Source: Candidatus Levyibacteriota bacterium (lineage in GTDB: Bacteria > Patescibacteriota > Microgenomatia > Levybacterales > UBA12049). From it: 64,000 nucleotides of DNA. The stretch covers positions 17,021 through 81,020 of the forward strand of contig JBEKQZ010000001.1 of assembly GCA_049519175.1 (NCBI GenBank). Direction: 5' to 3'. Made by a program: the position numbers and the translations under genes. Positions within the stretch are counted from its first letter, which is position 1, and every line of letters starts with the position of its first letter. The notes beneath the pieces are model-generated. The model saw only the letters and a program-made list of their open reading frames with translations, searched no databases and was not told where the DNA came from. Positions 20,819 to 30,240 of the stretch are shown one piece after another.

Positions 20819-22315
20819 TTACAGTTTTTCGGTAACCTTATATTCCAAACGTTTACCCAGCATTAATTGCGTGTGTGAAATCAGCGCCGGTAGCGCGGAG
20901 AGAAAAAAGCCAACGAGCGGAAGAAGCAAAAATTCCAACGGAAATAATAGTTGCCTTGTTTTTGAATGTTTCATAATATGTTTTGGTCTTTGCCGGTAGT
21001 CAATAATAAACATCATCAGTATTGCGACCAGGCAAAGCGTTAAGATAAAACCCGCCAATCTTGGTAAGTTGTAGCCAAGGGTGGTTCGGGAGAATACCGG
21101 ATTGACGAAAGGCATAATATTAGCTGCTATCGTTATTATGAACCAGTTAACCGGCCAAAGGAAGTGGTCGAGCAAAACATTAAAAAGCATCATAGTTTTT
21201 CTGACAAAAGGAACTCCCGGAACGGTAAACCACCATTTTATAAATAGAGCATCGTCGGAGGCACCCCAGCTCCAGCGTCTTTCCTGTTGATATTTATTTT
21301 TCAGTGATTTGATGTAAGAAGAAGAAAGAGGCGCATCCATTGAAGTTTTCAAAAATATCGGTTCCATATCCACTTGCCCTTGTTTTTGAAAAAAGGCTTT
21401 AAAGAAAATCCGGTAATCTTCCGGAATAACGTCGGTATCCCAGTAACCAATTTCACGCAACAGCTTAAATGATAAAGAATATGTGGAATTGGAAACCAAC
21501 CTGTCTTTTTGCACCAAAAGGCCGGTTCGCCAAAGACTGCCGAAAAAGGCTACAATCCTAACCGCCGCCGGCACATTCCAGAAATTATTATAATTTACAT
21601 TGGCGGATTGCCAAAATTTGCTATACTTTTTCTCATCCTTTAAGAAACTGGCAGTAAGATAGGCAAAATATTGAGGGTCAAAGATGGAATCGGCATCAAC
21701 AGATGAAATCGTGGCGTAATCCAGGTCGATAATGCCGGCTTTTACTAATTTTTTATAAGCCAGTTTTCCGCCAAACGCTTCATTGGAAGATTTACCTTTG
21801 ACTTCGCCTTCAATGTCCGGATGGAAACTCGCCATCACAATCCCGAATTTCTTTCCAAACTCGGCCATTAATTTTTCCGCCCTATCTTTGGCTTCCATTT
21901 CTCTTTTTTCCATTGCCAGAACAACGTAAATTCTTTTAGTGGGGAAAGTTTGATTACTTAAGCTTTGAAGGGTTTGTCTTAATTTTTCTAAGCTTTCCTT
22001 GTAGTTGGGTATAACGACGACGTGGGATATTTTTTCAAAATTTTCCAGCGGCTTTGTTAATTTTAGCCAATCTTGTTTTTCCGCTTGCTTAATTTTTCGG
22101 GAAGCAATGAAGGCAGTAATGGCCAACGAAAAAGATTTATAGAACCAATAAACATCAAAAAATAAAATGAAATAGGCGACGGCCAGAGGAATTAAGAAAG
22201 AACCCCAAACCGGAAATAAAATTAAAAACCAAGAGACAAAACCGGGTAATATTTCCAGCGCCCGTCTGGTTTTTACGGGATAACGGGTGAAAACGGTGTT
22301 AAAAAAACTTGTCAT
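20819..22315 (-). CDS. Membrane-embedded family 2 glycosyltransferase (processive GT2-like)
   Basis: 498 aa. N-terminal TMs, HVVVIPNYKESLEKL GT-A domain, SSVDADSIFD (DxD), and C-terminal TM bundle. Confidence 0.65.
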   Translation of the reverse strand: MTSFFNTVFTRYPVKTRRALEILPGFVSWFLILFPVWGSFLIPLAVAYFILFFDVYWFYKSFSLAITAFIASRKIKQAEKQDWLKLTKPLENFEKISHVVVIPNYKESLEKLRQTLQSLSNQTFPTKRIYVVLAMEKREMEAKDRAEKLMAEFGKKFGIVMASFHPDIEGEVKGKSSNEAFGGKLAYKKLVKAGIIDLDYATISSVDADSIFDPQYFAYLTASFLKDEKKYSKFWQSANVNYNNFWNVPAAVRIVAFFGSLWRTGLLVQKDRLVSNSTYSLSFKLLREIGYWDTDVIPEDYRIFFKAFFQKQGQVDMEPIFLKTSMDAPLSSSYIKSLKNKYQQERRWSWGASDDALFIKWWFTVPGVPFVRKTMMLFNVLLDHFLWPVNWFIITIAANIMPFVNPVFSRTTLGYNLPRLAGFILTLCLVAILMMFIIDYRQRPKHIMKHSKTRQLLFPLEFLLLPLVGFFLSALPALISHTQLMLGKRLEYKVTEKL

Positions 22316-23106
22316 AATTTAAAAACTCTTTTGGCGTTAGCAGATGTGATTTCGTTAACCACATCAAAAGCAGTGTTTTTAATTTTTGCTATGGAATTAC
22401 CCACAATTATAACATAGCCAGGTTCGTTTCGGCTACCGCGGTGGGGATCGGGCGTTAAATAAGGGGAATCGGTTTCGGTTATAATTTTTCCAAGCGGCGC
22501 CTTGGCGACCAAATCGGAAAGCAAAGTATCTTCTCCCGGTGCTAATCCTTTATAGGTAATGTTGCCGTCAAAACCAACGTAAAATCCCAGCGCCAAAACT
22601 TTTTCCAAATACTCTATATTTCCCGCAAAGCAATGAAACATGCCGGGAATTTCCAGCAGCTCATTTTTATACTGTGAAACAATTTTCAAAATATCAATGC
22701 CTGCGTGGCGTCCGTGAATTTGTAGAGGCAGTTTGTTTTCGATTGAAATCTCAACTTGTCTTTTAAAAATTTCCCGTTGCAATTTTGGATCGGTAATCCC
22801 ATTTGACTTATAACTGTAATAATCCATGCCGACTTCGCCAATGCCAACCACTTTTGGCATTTTGGCCAAAGCGTCAATTTGTTTATCCCAACCCTTGGTA
22901 ACCTTATCGGCATGGTGCGGATGAATACCAACAACTGCATATAAATTTTCATATTTTTGCGCCAGCTCAACTGCTTTCTGACTTGACTCAAGTGAAGTGC
23001 CAGCGTTAATAATGATTTCGACTCCTTGCTCAGAAGCTCTCTTTATCGCTTCGTCGTAGTTTTTAGCAAAAGCCTGAAAATTTAAGTGGCAATGCGCATC
23101 AATCAT
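22312..23106 (-). CDS. TatD-family metal-dependent hydrolase/DNase
   Basis: MIDAHCHLNFQAF...GVEIIINAGT.... The canonical TatD start is at the ATG at 23106; the ORF-track start at 23133 adds 9 non-conserved residues. Confidence 0.8.
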   Translation of the reverse strand: MIDAHCHLNFQAFAKNYDEAIKRASEQGVEIIINAGTSLESSQKAVELAQKYENLYAVVGIHPHHADKVTKGWDKQIDALAKMPKVVGIGEVGMDYYSYKSNGITDPKLQREIFKRQVEISIENKLPLQIHGRHAGIDILKIVSQYKNELLEIPGMFHCFAGNIEYLEKVLALGFYVGFDGNITYKGLAPGEDTLLSDLVAKAPLGKIITETDSPYLTPDPHRGSRNEPGYVIIVGNSIAKIKNTAFDVVNEITSANAKRVFKL

Positions 23107-23165
23107 CAGTTTTATTATACGCCAAAATGACAATTTAAGGAGCGTAATAAAAGTTTAGCTAGAGG

Positions 23166-23852
23166 TTATTGTCCAGAGGATTGCATGGCGTTTTGGCAAG
23201 CTGTTCTGGCCGGTCCGACCGGAACTTGGTCGCAAGGAGAAGTGCCGGTTTGTGTTCCGGTTTGCGGTTGGGCTGGCTGGAAAAGTTGCGACATGTCTCT
23301 AAATGTAACATCCGTAGGAACGGTAAATTTAGAGGCATCGGCTATCCAAGCTCCACATTGCATATTAACATTTTGATTAATATTTATGCTTTGATTAACC
23401 TGGGCATTGTTGGCTGCACTTCTGGCAGCTGCGAGACTTATTTTCATACCTGTCGAGAGACCAGATGACCACATATACATATACGTTCCGTCTGAAATTA
23501 TGTGTCCGTTGGTTTCTTTTCCGTCCGTGCCTTTCATGGTAAAGTCTCCGGCAAATTTTTTATCAGCAACAAAAACAGTACCGGTGCCTTTATTGTTAGG
23601 ATAGGTGATTGTGCAAGTAAGGGTTTTTCCACCCGACAAAAGACCGACAATTGTTCCGGTCACAGAATTTGTTTTAAGAGCTTGTGCGGGAGCAGTAGTA
23701 ATAGTTGGTTTAGGCATTGTTGGTGCTTTAGAAGCTTTTAAAAAGAACATTCCGCCGACAGCAACGACCAAAATTATAATAACGGCGGCAATTACGACCC
23801 CAACATTTTTCATTAAGGCGAGTATATGACGATTTTCGTGCGCTGTCAACAA
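23166..23852 (-). CDS. Hypothetical secreted protein (signal anchor, S/T/Q-rich, Cys-containing C-terminus)
   Basis: 228-aa ORF. Likely real start at the internal MKNVGVVIAAVIIILVVAVGGMFFLK (about 23813). Abuts the metK stop. Confidence 0.5.
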   Translation of the reverse strand: MLTAHENRHILALMKNVGVVIAAVIIILVVAVGGMFFLKASKAPTMPKPTITTAPAQALKTNSVTGTIVGLLSGGKTLTCTITYPNNKGTGTVFVADKKFAGDFTMKGTDGKETNGHIISDGTYMYMWSSGLSTGMKISLAAARSAANNAQVNQSININQNVNMQCGAWIADASKFTVPTDVTFRDMSQLFQPAQPQTGTQTGTSPCDQVPVGPARTACQNAMQSSGQ

Positions 23853-24947
23853 CTATTTTTCCCAGGAAAATTCGGGGCGTCCAAAGTGTCCGTAGACCGA
23901 TGTAGCAAGATAAATTGGTCTTTGCAAATCTAGCTCATCAATTATACCCTGGACAGAAGTATCTAAAATTTCCGACATAAATTTTTTGATTACGCTAACC
24001 GGCGCCTTTTCGGTCCCAAAAGTTTCAATGTCTAACATCACCGGTTTTTTGGCACCGATAAAATAAGCCAGCCGGACTTCGGCTTTATCGGCTAATTTTT
24101 CTTTGACTACGTGTTTGGCCAAAAATCTTGCCGCATAAGCGCCGCTCCGGTCAACCTTGGTTGGATCTTTACCCGAAAATGCTCCGCCGCCGACTCTGGC
24201 ATAACCCCCGTAAGTGTCCACAATAATTTTCCGACCGGTCAATCCGGAATCACTGGCGGGTCCGGGCATGTGCCAAATTCCCGTCCCATTCACTATTAGA
24301 TTTTTTTCATTGATTTTAAAACCAAATTCGTCCAAAACTTTTTTAACCACTTCTTTATAAACAGCATGCTTAACTTGCGCGAGTGTCTTTTTTTCATCAT
24401 GTGGAACAGCAATAACAACTTGCAATACTTTGTAAGGAATGCCATTTTTGTATTCAATAGTAACTTGAGTTTTTCCGTCGGGGCGTAAAAAGGGGAGAGT
24501 TTTCTTTTTAACTTCATCCAGCTTTTGCGCCAACCGGTGCGCCATCATTATGGGTAGCGGCATCAAGCTTTTCGTTTCTTTACAGGCAAAACCATACATC
24601 ATTCCCTGGTCGCCGGCACCTTTAACCTTAACGCCTTTGGAAATTTCCGGTGATTGTTCATGAATATCAATTTCAATAGGGGATTGGTCGGTAAAATTAA
24701 AAAGAGGATTAGTATAACCTAAATCCCGAATTCTTTTTCTGGCAATTTTTTCGTAATCTACTTTGGCATTTGCGGTAATCTCACCGACAATAAGAACCTT
24801 GTTGAAAGCCACTAACGTTTCAACTCCAACTCTGCCTTGCGGATCTTGCTTTAAAACATCATCTAAAATAGCATCGCTAATGGAGTCGCAAATTTTGTCC
24901 GGATGTCCGGCGCAAACAGATTCGGATGTAAAAACAAAGTCGTTCAT
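23853..24947 (-). CDS. metK: S-adenosylmethionine synthetase
   Basis: MNDFVFTSESVCAGHPDKICDSISDAILDDVL...GGGAFSGKDPTKVDRSGAY.... The ORF-track start at 24989 is a TTG inside the riboswitch expression platform; ATG at 24947 is preferred. Confidence 0.93.
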   Translation of the reverse strand: MNDFVFTSESVCAGHPDKICDSISDAILDDVLKQDPQGRVGVETLVAFNKVLIVGEITANAKVDYEKIARKRIRDLGYTNPLFNFTDQSPIEIDIHEQSPEISKGVKVKGAGDQGMMYGFACKETKSLMPLPIMMAHRLAQKLDEVKKKTLPFLRPDGKTQVTIEYKNGIPYKVLQVVIAVPHDEKKTLAQVKHAVYKEVVKKVLDEFGFKINEKNLIVNGTGIWHMPGPASDSGLTGRKIIVDTYGGYARVGGGAFSGKDPTKVDRSGAYAARFLAKHVVKEKLADKAEVRLAYFIGAKKPVMLDIETFGTEKAPVSVIKKFMSEILDTSVQGIIDELDLQRPIYLATSVYGHFGRPEFSWEK

Positions 24948-24971
24948 AAAAAACCTCTCAAGTTCGAGAGG
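24948..24971 (-). terminator. Intrinsic terminator / SD-sequestering hairpin of the riboswitch expression platform
   Basis: CCUCUC-GAACUU-GAGAGG followed by UUUUUU and then AUG(metK). The 3' arm GAGAGG doubles as the only SD-like sequence. An identical GAGAGG inside the aptamer 3' region can alternatively pair with CCUCUC (antiterminator). Confidence 0.5.
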
Positions 24972-25080
24972 TTCTGATTTTCCCTTCAATTAATTCAGGG
25001 CTCATCTTCCTCTCGGAGTTGGCACCGTTATCTTTCGGTTGCCGGTTCGCCTCATCGGCGAAACACTCTTGATGATTGCT
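24948..25080 (-). ncRNA. S-box-like (SAM-I clan) SAM riboswitch candidate in the metK leader, aptamer plus expression platform
   Basis: Minus-strand RNA reads ...AUCAUCAAGAGUGUUUCGCCGAUGAGGCGAACCGGCAACCGAAAGAUAACGGUGCCAACUCCGAGAGGAAGAUGAGCC.... Blocks AUCAAGAG / CCGAUGA / CCGGCAACC / GGUGCCAACUCC / AAGAUGAGCC occur in canonical SAM-I order, with a P1 pairing of UCAUC/GAUGA. The P2 kink-turn block is absent. Confidence 0.55.
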
Positions 25081-25107
25081 CTATTAAACAGGAAATAACT
25101 TTTCTTG

Positions 25108-26562
25108 TCAAGTGATGCGCGGAAAAAGGGAAGCGAAAGATTTAATTTCGGTTTTCGTAAATTGTGCTTTTATTTTTGCGCTAGTTTCCGGCAAAAACGG
25201 TTCTAAAAGTTCTGCAATTTCTTCAATTTCATCAACCGCGTGTCCCAAAATGATATTAATCGGCCGTTTTAAATTTCCGGCGGGAGTTTTTAGCAGTTCC
25301 CAGGGTTTTTCTTCATTGATATATTGATCAACTTTGGTAATTTTTCCCCAAATCAAATTCAGTGTTTCGTTAAAGCGGTACTCGCTCAGCAGTTTTTTGT
25401 ATTTGTCAAAATCATTAATGACGTGGTGATTGTTTTCTGCTGGGCTTTGTCTAAAATTGGCCGTTTCGCAAAGTTTGGCCATTCTGGAAATTAAATTCCC
25501 TAAGCCATTAGCAAGATCGGCATTGTAGACTTCTTTAAATCGCTCAAGCGTAAAATCTCCGTCCGCGTCAATTGGAATTTGTGACAGCAGGAAATAACGT
25601 AGCGCTTCAACGCCGTATTCTTTGGTAAACTCAAACGGGTCAATTACATTACCAATGCTTTTACTCATTTTTTCGCCTTTAGTGTAAACAAATCCGTGAA
25701 TTAAGATTTCCTTTGGTAGCGGCAAGCCGGCCGACAACAGCATGGCCGGCCAGTAAACAGTATGAAAACGGTTAATGTCTTTGCCAATAACGTGCAAATC
25801 GGCGGGCCACCATTTCTGCCATTTTTCCTCATCCCAGCCGTAACCCACCCCGGTCATGTAAATATTCAAAGCGTCAAACCAAACATACATTACCTGATTA
25901 GCATCGCCCGGCACCGGCACGCCGACTCCTTGCGCGCGCTGCTTACTTCTGGAAACGCTAAAATCTTCCAGCCCTTGTTTAATAAAAGACAAAGCTTCTT
26001 CTCTTTTATTGCTTGGAGTAATCTTAAGTTTCCCCGACTCAATTAATTCAGTCAGTTTGTCCTGATAGTTAGATAACTTGAAAAAATAATTTTCTTCCGA
26101 AATTTTTTCCGGAGCTTTTTGATGCGTTGGACAAAGACCATTTATCAATTCTTTTTCGAGTTTAAAACCTTCGCAACCGACACAATACAATCCTGCGTAA
26201 GATTTTTTGTAAATGTCGCCGTTTTTAACACAAAGATTCCAAAATTTTTGTACGCCCGGCCAATGTTTTTGTTGGTCGGAACTTCTTTGAAAAACATCCA
26301 AGTGAACACCTAGTTTCTCATAGGCATTCTGCCAAAGCTTAGAATTGTCATCCAAAAATTGTTTAATCGGTATCCCTTCTTTTTGTGCCGCCTGAACGTT
26401 TTTTAGCGCGTTTTCATCGGCACCGGATAAAAGCAAAGTTTCATCGCCTAAAATCTGATGATATCTTCGGATGACGTCGGCTTGAAAATATTCCAAGGTA
26501 TGCCCGATATGCGGCTTACCGTTAACGTAAGGAATGGCGGTGGTAATATAAAATTTATTCAT
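25108..26562 (-). CDS. metG: Methionine--tRNA ligase
   Basis: ...AIPYVNGKPHIGHTLE... (HIGH) and ...EKMSKSIGNVIDP... (KMSKS). 484 aa. Confidence 0.95.
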   Translation of the reverse strand: MNKFYITTAIPYVNGKPHIGHTLEYFQADVIRRYHQILGDETLLLSGADENALKNVQAAQKEGIPIKQFLDDNSKLWQNAYEKLGVHLDVFQRSSDQQKHWPGVQKFWNLCVKNGDIYKKSYAGLYCVGCEGFKLEKELINGLCPTHQKAPEKISEENYFFKLSNYQDKLTELIESGKLKITPSNKREEALSFIKQGLEDFSVSRSKQRAQGVGVPVPGDANQVMYVWFDALNIYMTGVGYGWDEEKWQKWWPADLHVIGKDINRFHTVYWPAMLLSAGLPLPKEILIHGFVYTKGEKMSKSIGNVIDPFEFTKEYGVEALRYFLLSQIPIDADGDFTLERFKEVYNADLANGLGNLISRMAKLCETANFRQSPAENNHHVINDFDKYKKLLSEYRFNETLNLIWGKITKVDQYINEEKPWELLKTPAGNLKRPINIILGHAVDEIEEIAELLEPFLPETSAKIKAQFTKTEIKSFASLFPRIT

Positions 26563-26583
26563 TGCCTAAAGATTATACCAGAA

Positions 26584-26919
26584 TCACTTGCGCTTAATAA
26601 AAAATAATTCGATTCCGCCGAAAAGTATCAATAATAGAATCGCGAAGAATGGAGAAATCAGTCCATTTAACCTCAATGATAAATAAGCAATTACCAGAAG
26701 GCCCAATAAAAATCCCCGGCGGGAATTGTTCAAAATAAAAGTAAAGAAGGAAAAGATTAATAAAAATAAAAGCGTTAATCCTGAAAGCAAAATTGAAAAT
26801 CGAAAATTATAAATTGAAAATTGATAGACGGGGGAATAGTTCAGAACCAAATACCCAAGAGCTATCAAGCTCAAAATGAAAACAATCAACAGCCAAAACG
26901 GTCGTCTTTTCTTATGCAT
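26584..26919 (-). CDS. Small membrane protein (3 TM), hypothetical
   Basis: 111 aa. Hydrophobic helices. Upstream of metG on the same strand. Confidence 0.45.
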   Translation of the reverse strand: MHKKRRPFWLLIVFILSLIALGYLVLNYSPVYQFSIYNFRFSILLSGLTLLFLLIFSFFTFILNNSRRGFLLGLLVIAYLSLRLNGLISPFFAILLLILFGGIELFFIKRK

Positions 26920-26954
26920 AATTCAAGTTTAGCAGATTTTGTTTAAAATGGGGC

Positions 26955-26991
26955 TTGACAAGGTTTGGCAGTCGTGTTATATTACTGCTAA
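26955..26991 (+). promoter_or_regulatory. hrcA-grpE promoter (TTGACA-17-TATATT) overlapped by a CIRCE-like 9-9-9 inverted repeat
   Basis: TTGACA 26955-26960 and TATATT 26978-26983. TTGGCAGTC-gtgttatat-TACTGCTAA at 26965-26991, compared with CIRCE TTAGCACTC-N9-GAGTGCTAA (right arm 7/9, left arm 7/9). Confidence 0.6.
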
Positions 26992-27011
26992 TCTAAAATT
27001 TATCTGAAATT

Positions 27012-27743
27012 ATGCATGACCTAACAGCCAGACAGGTTGAAATCCTAAAAAGTTTAATTGAAGAGTACATTGAAACGGCCGAACCGGTTGGTTCTGAAAC
27101 GCTTGAGAAAAAACACAATCTAAGCGCCAGTCCGGCCACCATCCGAAACGAAATGGTTCGGCTGACAGATTTAGGCTATTTGAAAAAACCGCATGTCTCA
27201 GCAGGCAGAATCCCGACTCCGGCAGGAATGAAATTCTACGTCAAACAGCTGATGAAGGAAAAAGAGCTGTCAACGGCCGACGAAGTTTCCTTAAAAGAAA
27301 AAGTTTGGGATTTAAGAGAAAAAGAAAGAGATTTCTTAAAGGAAATGACCAGAGCTTTGGCGGAGCGGACAAAAGCTTTGGCAGTGGCAACTACTAACGA
27401 AGGCGACTTATTGGTTTCCGGTTATGCTAACATTTTAGACATGCCGGAATTCTTTGACATCGACTTAACCCGCAATCTTTTGTCGGTAATCGAAGAAGCA
27501 GGATATTTAGAGGGTTTGTGCACGGGGCAAGCAGATGATGACGAAATTCATATTCTTTTAGGCGAAGAATTGGGGCCAAGGCTATCAGGACCATATGGAT
27601 TTGTCTATACCAAGTTTCATACGCCAATGAAGTTAACCGGCGAAATCGGAGTGCTGGGGCCGTCTAGACTGAATTATACTTTCGTTGTCCCAACTGTTAG
27701 ATATTTCGGAGATTTAATCGGTGAAATTGCGCAGGGATGGTAG
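27012..27743 (+). CDS. hrcA: Heat-inducible transcription repressor HrcA (short form)
   Basis: MHDLTARQVEILKSLIEEYIETAEPVGSETL...ATIRNEMVRLTDLGYLKKPHVSAGRIPT.... 243 aa. Confidence 0.9.
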   Translation: MHDLTARQVEILKSLIEEYIETAEPVGSETLEKKHNLSASPATIRNEMVRLTDLGYLKKPHVSAGRIPTPAGMKFYVKQLMKEKELSTADEVSLKEKVWDLREKERDFLKEMTRALAERTKALAVATTNEGDLLVSGYANILDMPEFFDIDLTRNLLSVIEEAGYLEGLCTGQADDDEIHILLGEELGPRLSGPYGFVYTKFHTPMKLTGEIGVLGPSRLNYTFVVPTVRYFGDLIGEIAQGW

Positions 27744-27774
27744 TAGTAGAAACTAGAAACTTGAAATTTGAAAA

Positions 27775-28209
27775 ATGAAAAAGAATGAAAAGAAAATTGA
27801 ACAAGAAGAAAAAGAATTTGCGAACCTTGAAAGTCAGTTAAAAAGAGCCTTGGCCGACTATCAAAATTTGGAAAAAAGGATAGCGGAAGAAAAAAGTTCG
27901 TGGATAAAAGCGTCAAACAAAAATTTGCTTTTGCAGCTTTTGCCGGGGCTAGACAGCCTACTTTTAGCCGAAAAACATACGCAGGATGAAGGCGTAAAAA
28001 TTTCGATAAAACATTTTTTGGATATCCTGGAGAATGAAGGGGTTAAGAAAATCGAAACGGTTGGAAAAACTTTTGACCCCAAATTAATGGAAGCGGTCAC
28101 AACCCAGGCAGGCGAGGAAGGAAAAGTTTTAGAAGAAGTGCGTTCAGGATACATGCTTTACGATTCAATTTTAAGGCCGGCGCAAGTGATTGTCGGGAAA
28201 AGTGCTTAA
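27775..28209 (+). CDS. grpE: Nucleotide exchange factor GrpE
   Basis: ...LKRALADYQNLEKRIAEEK... coiled coil plus the C-terminal beta domain. 144 aa. Confidence 0.85.
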   Translation: MKKNEKKIEQEEKEFANLESQLKRALADYQNLEKRIAEEKSSWIKASNKNLLLQLLPGLDSLLLAEKHTQDEGVKISIKHFLDILENEGVKKIETVGKTFDPKLMEAVTTQAGEEGKVLEEVRSGYMLYDSILRPAQVIVGKSA

Positions 28210-28271
28210 TTTTTAATTTTTGAGTCCAAAGGGACTTGAAAATTAGAGATTAAAAATTCTAGAATATAAAT

Positions 28272-30170
28272 ATGGGAAAAATAATTGGAATTGATTTAGG
28301 AACAACCAACTCATGCGTCGCCGTAATGGAAGGTGGATCACCAAAAGTTATCCACTCGGCAGAAGGACGAAACGTTATTCCTTCGGTCGTTGACCCGGTG
28401 ACTCATGTCGTGGGAGATGTGGCCAAAAGGCAAATCGTTTTAAAACCGAAGGAAACCATTTTCTCAATCAAAAGATTAATGGGGCGAAAATACACGGATG
28501 CTTCGGTGCAAAGTGATATTAAATGGCTTCCCTACACGATTAAATCCGGTCGCGACGGAATGGCCGATGTTGAAGTCAGCGGTAAAACCTATACTCCCCA
28601 AGAAATTTCCGCCATGATTTTACAAAAAATTAAAGCCGACGCCGAAGCCTATTTGGGCGGAAAAGTGACACAAGCGGTGATTACGGTTCCGGCCTATTTT
28701 GACGATTCACAAAGGCAAGCGACCAAACAAGCCGGAGAGATCGCCGGTTTGGAGGTAATGCGCATTATCAATGAGCCAACCGCCGCAGCCCTGGCTTATG
28801 GTTTGGATAAGAAAAACGCCCACACGATTGCGGTCTATGACTTGGGCGGCGGTACTTTTGATATCTCGATTTTGGAATTGGGCGAAGGAGTTTACGAAGT
28901 CAAATCGACCAACGGCGACACGCATTTGGGCGGAGACGATTTTGATCAGGAAATCCTAAATTATATTGCCGACGAATTTAAAAAGGAAAATAATGTCGAT
29001 TTAAGAAAAGATCCACAGGCTTTGCAACGTTTAAGAGAAGCGGCGGAAAAAGCCAAGATTGAATTATCCACTTCTCAGGAAGCACAGATTAACCAACCGT
29101 TTATCACTCAAGGTGCCAACGGACCGCTGCATTTGACCATGACTTTAACTCGTGCTAACTTAGAAAAAATTGTTGATCCGCTGATTCAAAAAACCATCAA
29201 GCCGGTCGAGCAGGCTTTGAAAGATGCCAAAGACACAATTAAAGATATTGACGAAGTGGTTTTGGTCGGCGGAATGACCAGGATGCCAAAAGTGGTTGAA
29301 GTGGTCACCAAATTCTTCGGTAAAGAAGCGAATAAATCGGTCAATCCGGACGAGGTCGTGGCGGTCGGAGCAGCCATCCAGGGCGGAGTTTTAGGCGGAG
29401 AAGTGAAAGACGTTTTACTTTTGGATGTGACGCCGTTAACTTTAGGATTGGAAACTCTGGGAAGTGTTTCAACTCCCTTAATTTCCAAAAATTCGACTAT
29501 CCCAACGAGTAAGTCGCAAGTTTTTTCAACCGCGGCGGATAACCAAACCCAAGTTGAAATAAATGTTTTGCAGGGCGAAAGACCGATGGCGGCAGACAAT
29601 AAGTCTCTCGGCAGATTTGTCTTGGACGGAATTCCGCCGGCGCCCCGTGGCGTGCCGCAAATCGAAGTCACTTTTGACATCGACGCCAACGGCATTTTAA
29701 ATGTTAAGGCAGTTGATAAAGCCACCGGTAAAGAGCAAAGCATTAAAATTACCGGCTCAACCGGTCTTACCAAAGAAGAAGTCGAGCGAATGACCAAAGA
29801 AGCGGAAGCCCACGCCGCCGAAGACGCCGAGAAGAAAGAGAAAGTTGAAGCCAGAAATCAAGCCGACTCGCTCATTTTCACTGCCGAAAAATCGCTTAAA
29901 GACGCCGGCGATAAAGTTGCCGAAGAGGTTAAAAAAGAAGTCGAAGAAAAAGTGGCCGCGCTCAAAGGCATTTTAGACAGCGGTTCAAAAGAAGAGCTGG
30001 AATTAAAAACCAAAGAACTGTCAGAAGTTTTACAAAAAATCGGTCAAAATATGTATCAACAGCCAACCAATGAACAACCGGCGGAAGGTCAAGCCTCAGA
30101 AGCCAACGGTGAAGCAAAACCGGACGAGGCAAAAACAGATGAACCCGTGGAGGGCGAAGTGGTCAACTAA
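28272..30170 (+). CDS. dnaK: Chaperone DnaK (Hsp70)
   Basis: [22 protein letters not shown]...[12 protein letters not shown].... 632 aa. Confidence 0.98.
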   Translation: MGKIIGIDLGTTNSCVAVMEGGSPKVIHSAEGRNVIPSVVDPVTHVVGDVAKRQIVLKPKETIFSIKRLMGRKYTDASVQSDIKWLPYTIKSGRDGMADVEVSGKTYTPQEISAMILQKIKADAEAYLGGKVTQAVITVPAYFDDSQRQATKQAGEIAGLEVMRIINEPTAAALAYGLDKKNAHTIAVYDLGGGTFDISILELGEGVYEVKSTNGDTHLGGDDFDQEILNYIADEFKKENNVDLRKDPQALQRLREAAEKAKIELSTSQEAQINQPFITQGANGPLHLTMTLTRANLEKIVDPLIQKTIKPVEQALKDAKDTIKDIDEVVLVGGMTRMPKVVEVVTKFFGKEANKSVNPDEVVAVGAAIQGGVLGGEVKDVLLLDVTPLTLGLETLGSVSTPLISKNSTIPTSKSQVFSTAADNQTQVEINVLQGERPMAADNKSLGRFVLDGIPPAPRGVPQIEVTFDIDANGILNVKAVDKATGKEQSIKITGSTGLTKEEVERMTKEAEAHAAEDAEKKEKVEARNQADSLIFTAEKSLKDAGDKVAEEVKKEVEEKVAALKGILDSGSKEELELKTKELSEVLQKIGQNMYQQPTNEQPAEGQASEANGEAKPDEAKTDEPVEGEVVN

Positions 30171-30200
30171 TTTTAGATTTAGAATCAAAATTTATGAATA

Positions 30201-30223
30201 AGGCGCAATAGTGCGCCTTTTGT
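30201..30223 (+). terminator. Terminator-like hairpin after dnaK
   Basis: AGGCGCA-atag-TGCGCCT followed by TTTgT. Precedes a TATAAT box (about 30226-30231) for glmS. Confidence 0.45.
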
Positions 30224-30240
30224 AATATAATAGTTGTCTT

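Noticed and set aside
24948-24989. TTG start for metK at 24989
   Set aside because: It lies inside the terminator/SD-sequestering hairpin of the riboswitch. The canonical MetK N-terminus begins at the ATG at 24947.
28210-28271. Possible CIRCE element or terminator upstream of dnaK
   Set aside because: Only a weak 5-6-bp inverted repeat (GAGTCC..GGACTt) is present. The best CIRCE-like alignment (TTAGAGATT-N9-AGAATATAA) matches the consensus poorly, so it is not reported as an operator.
29186-29797. 203-aa antisense ORF inside dnaK; similar cases at 41992-42705 (in pnp), 56270-57136 and 57884-58561 (in rpoB), 37483-38100 (nusA/infB) and 45240-46118 (ftsK)
   Set aside because: Same reasoning: they overlap essential conserved genes on the opposite strand, have no RBS or start context, and are compositional artefacts.
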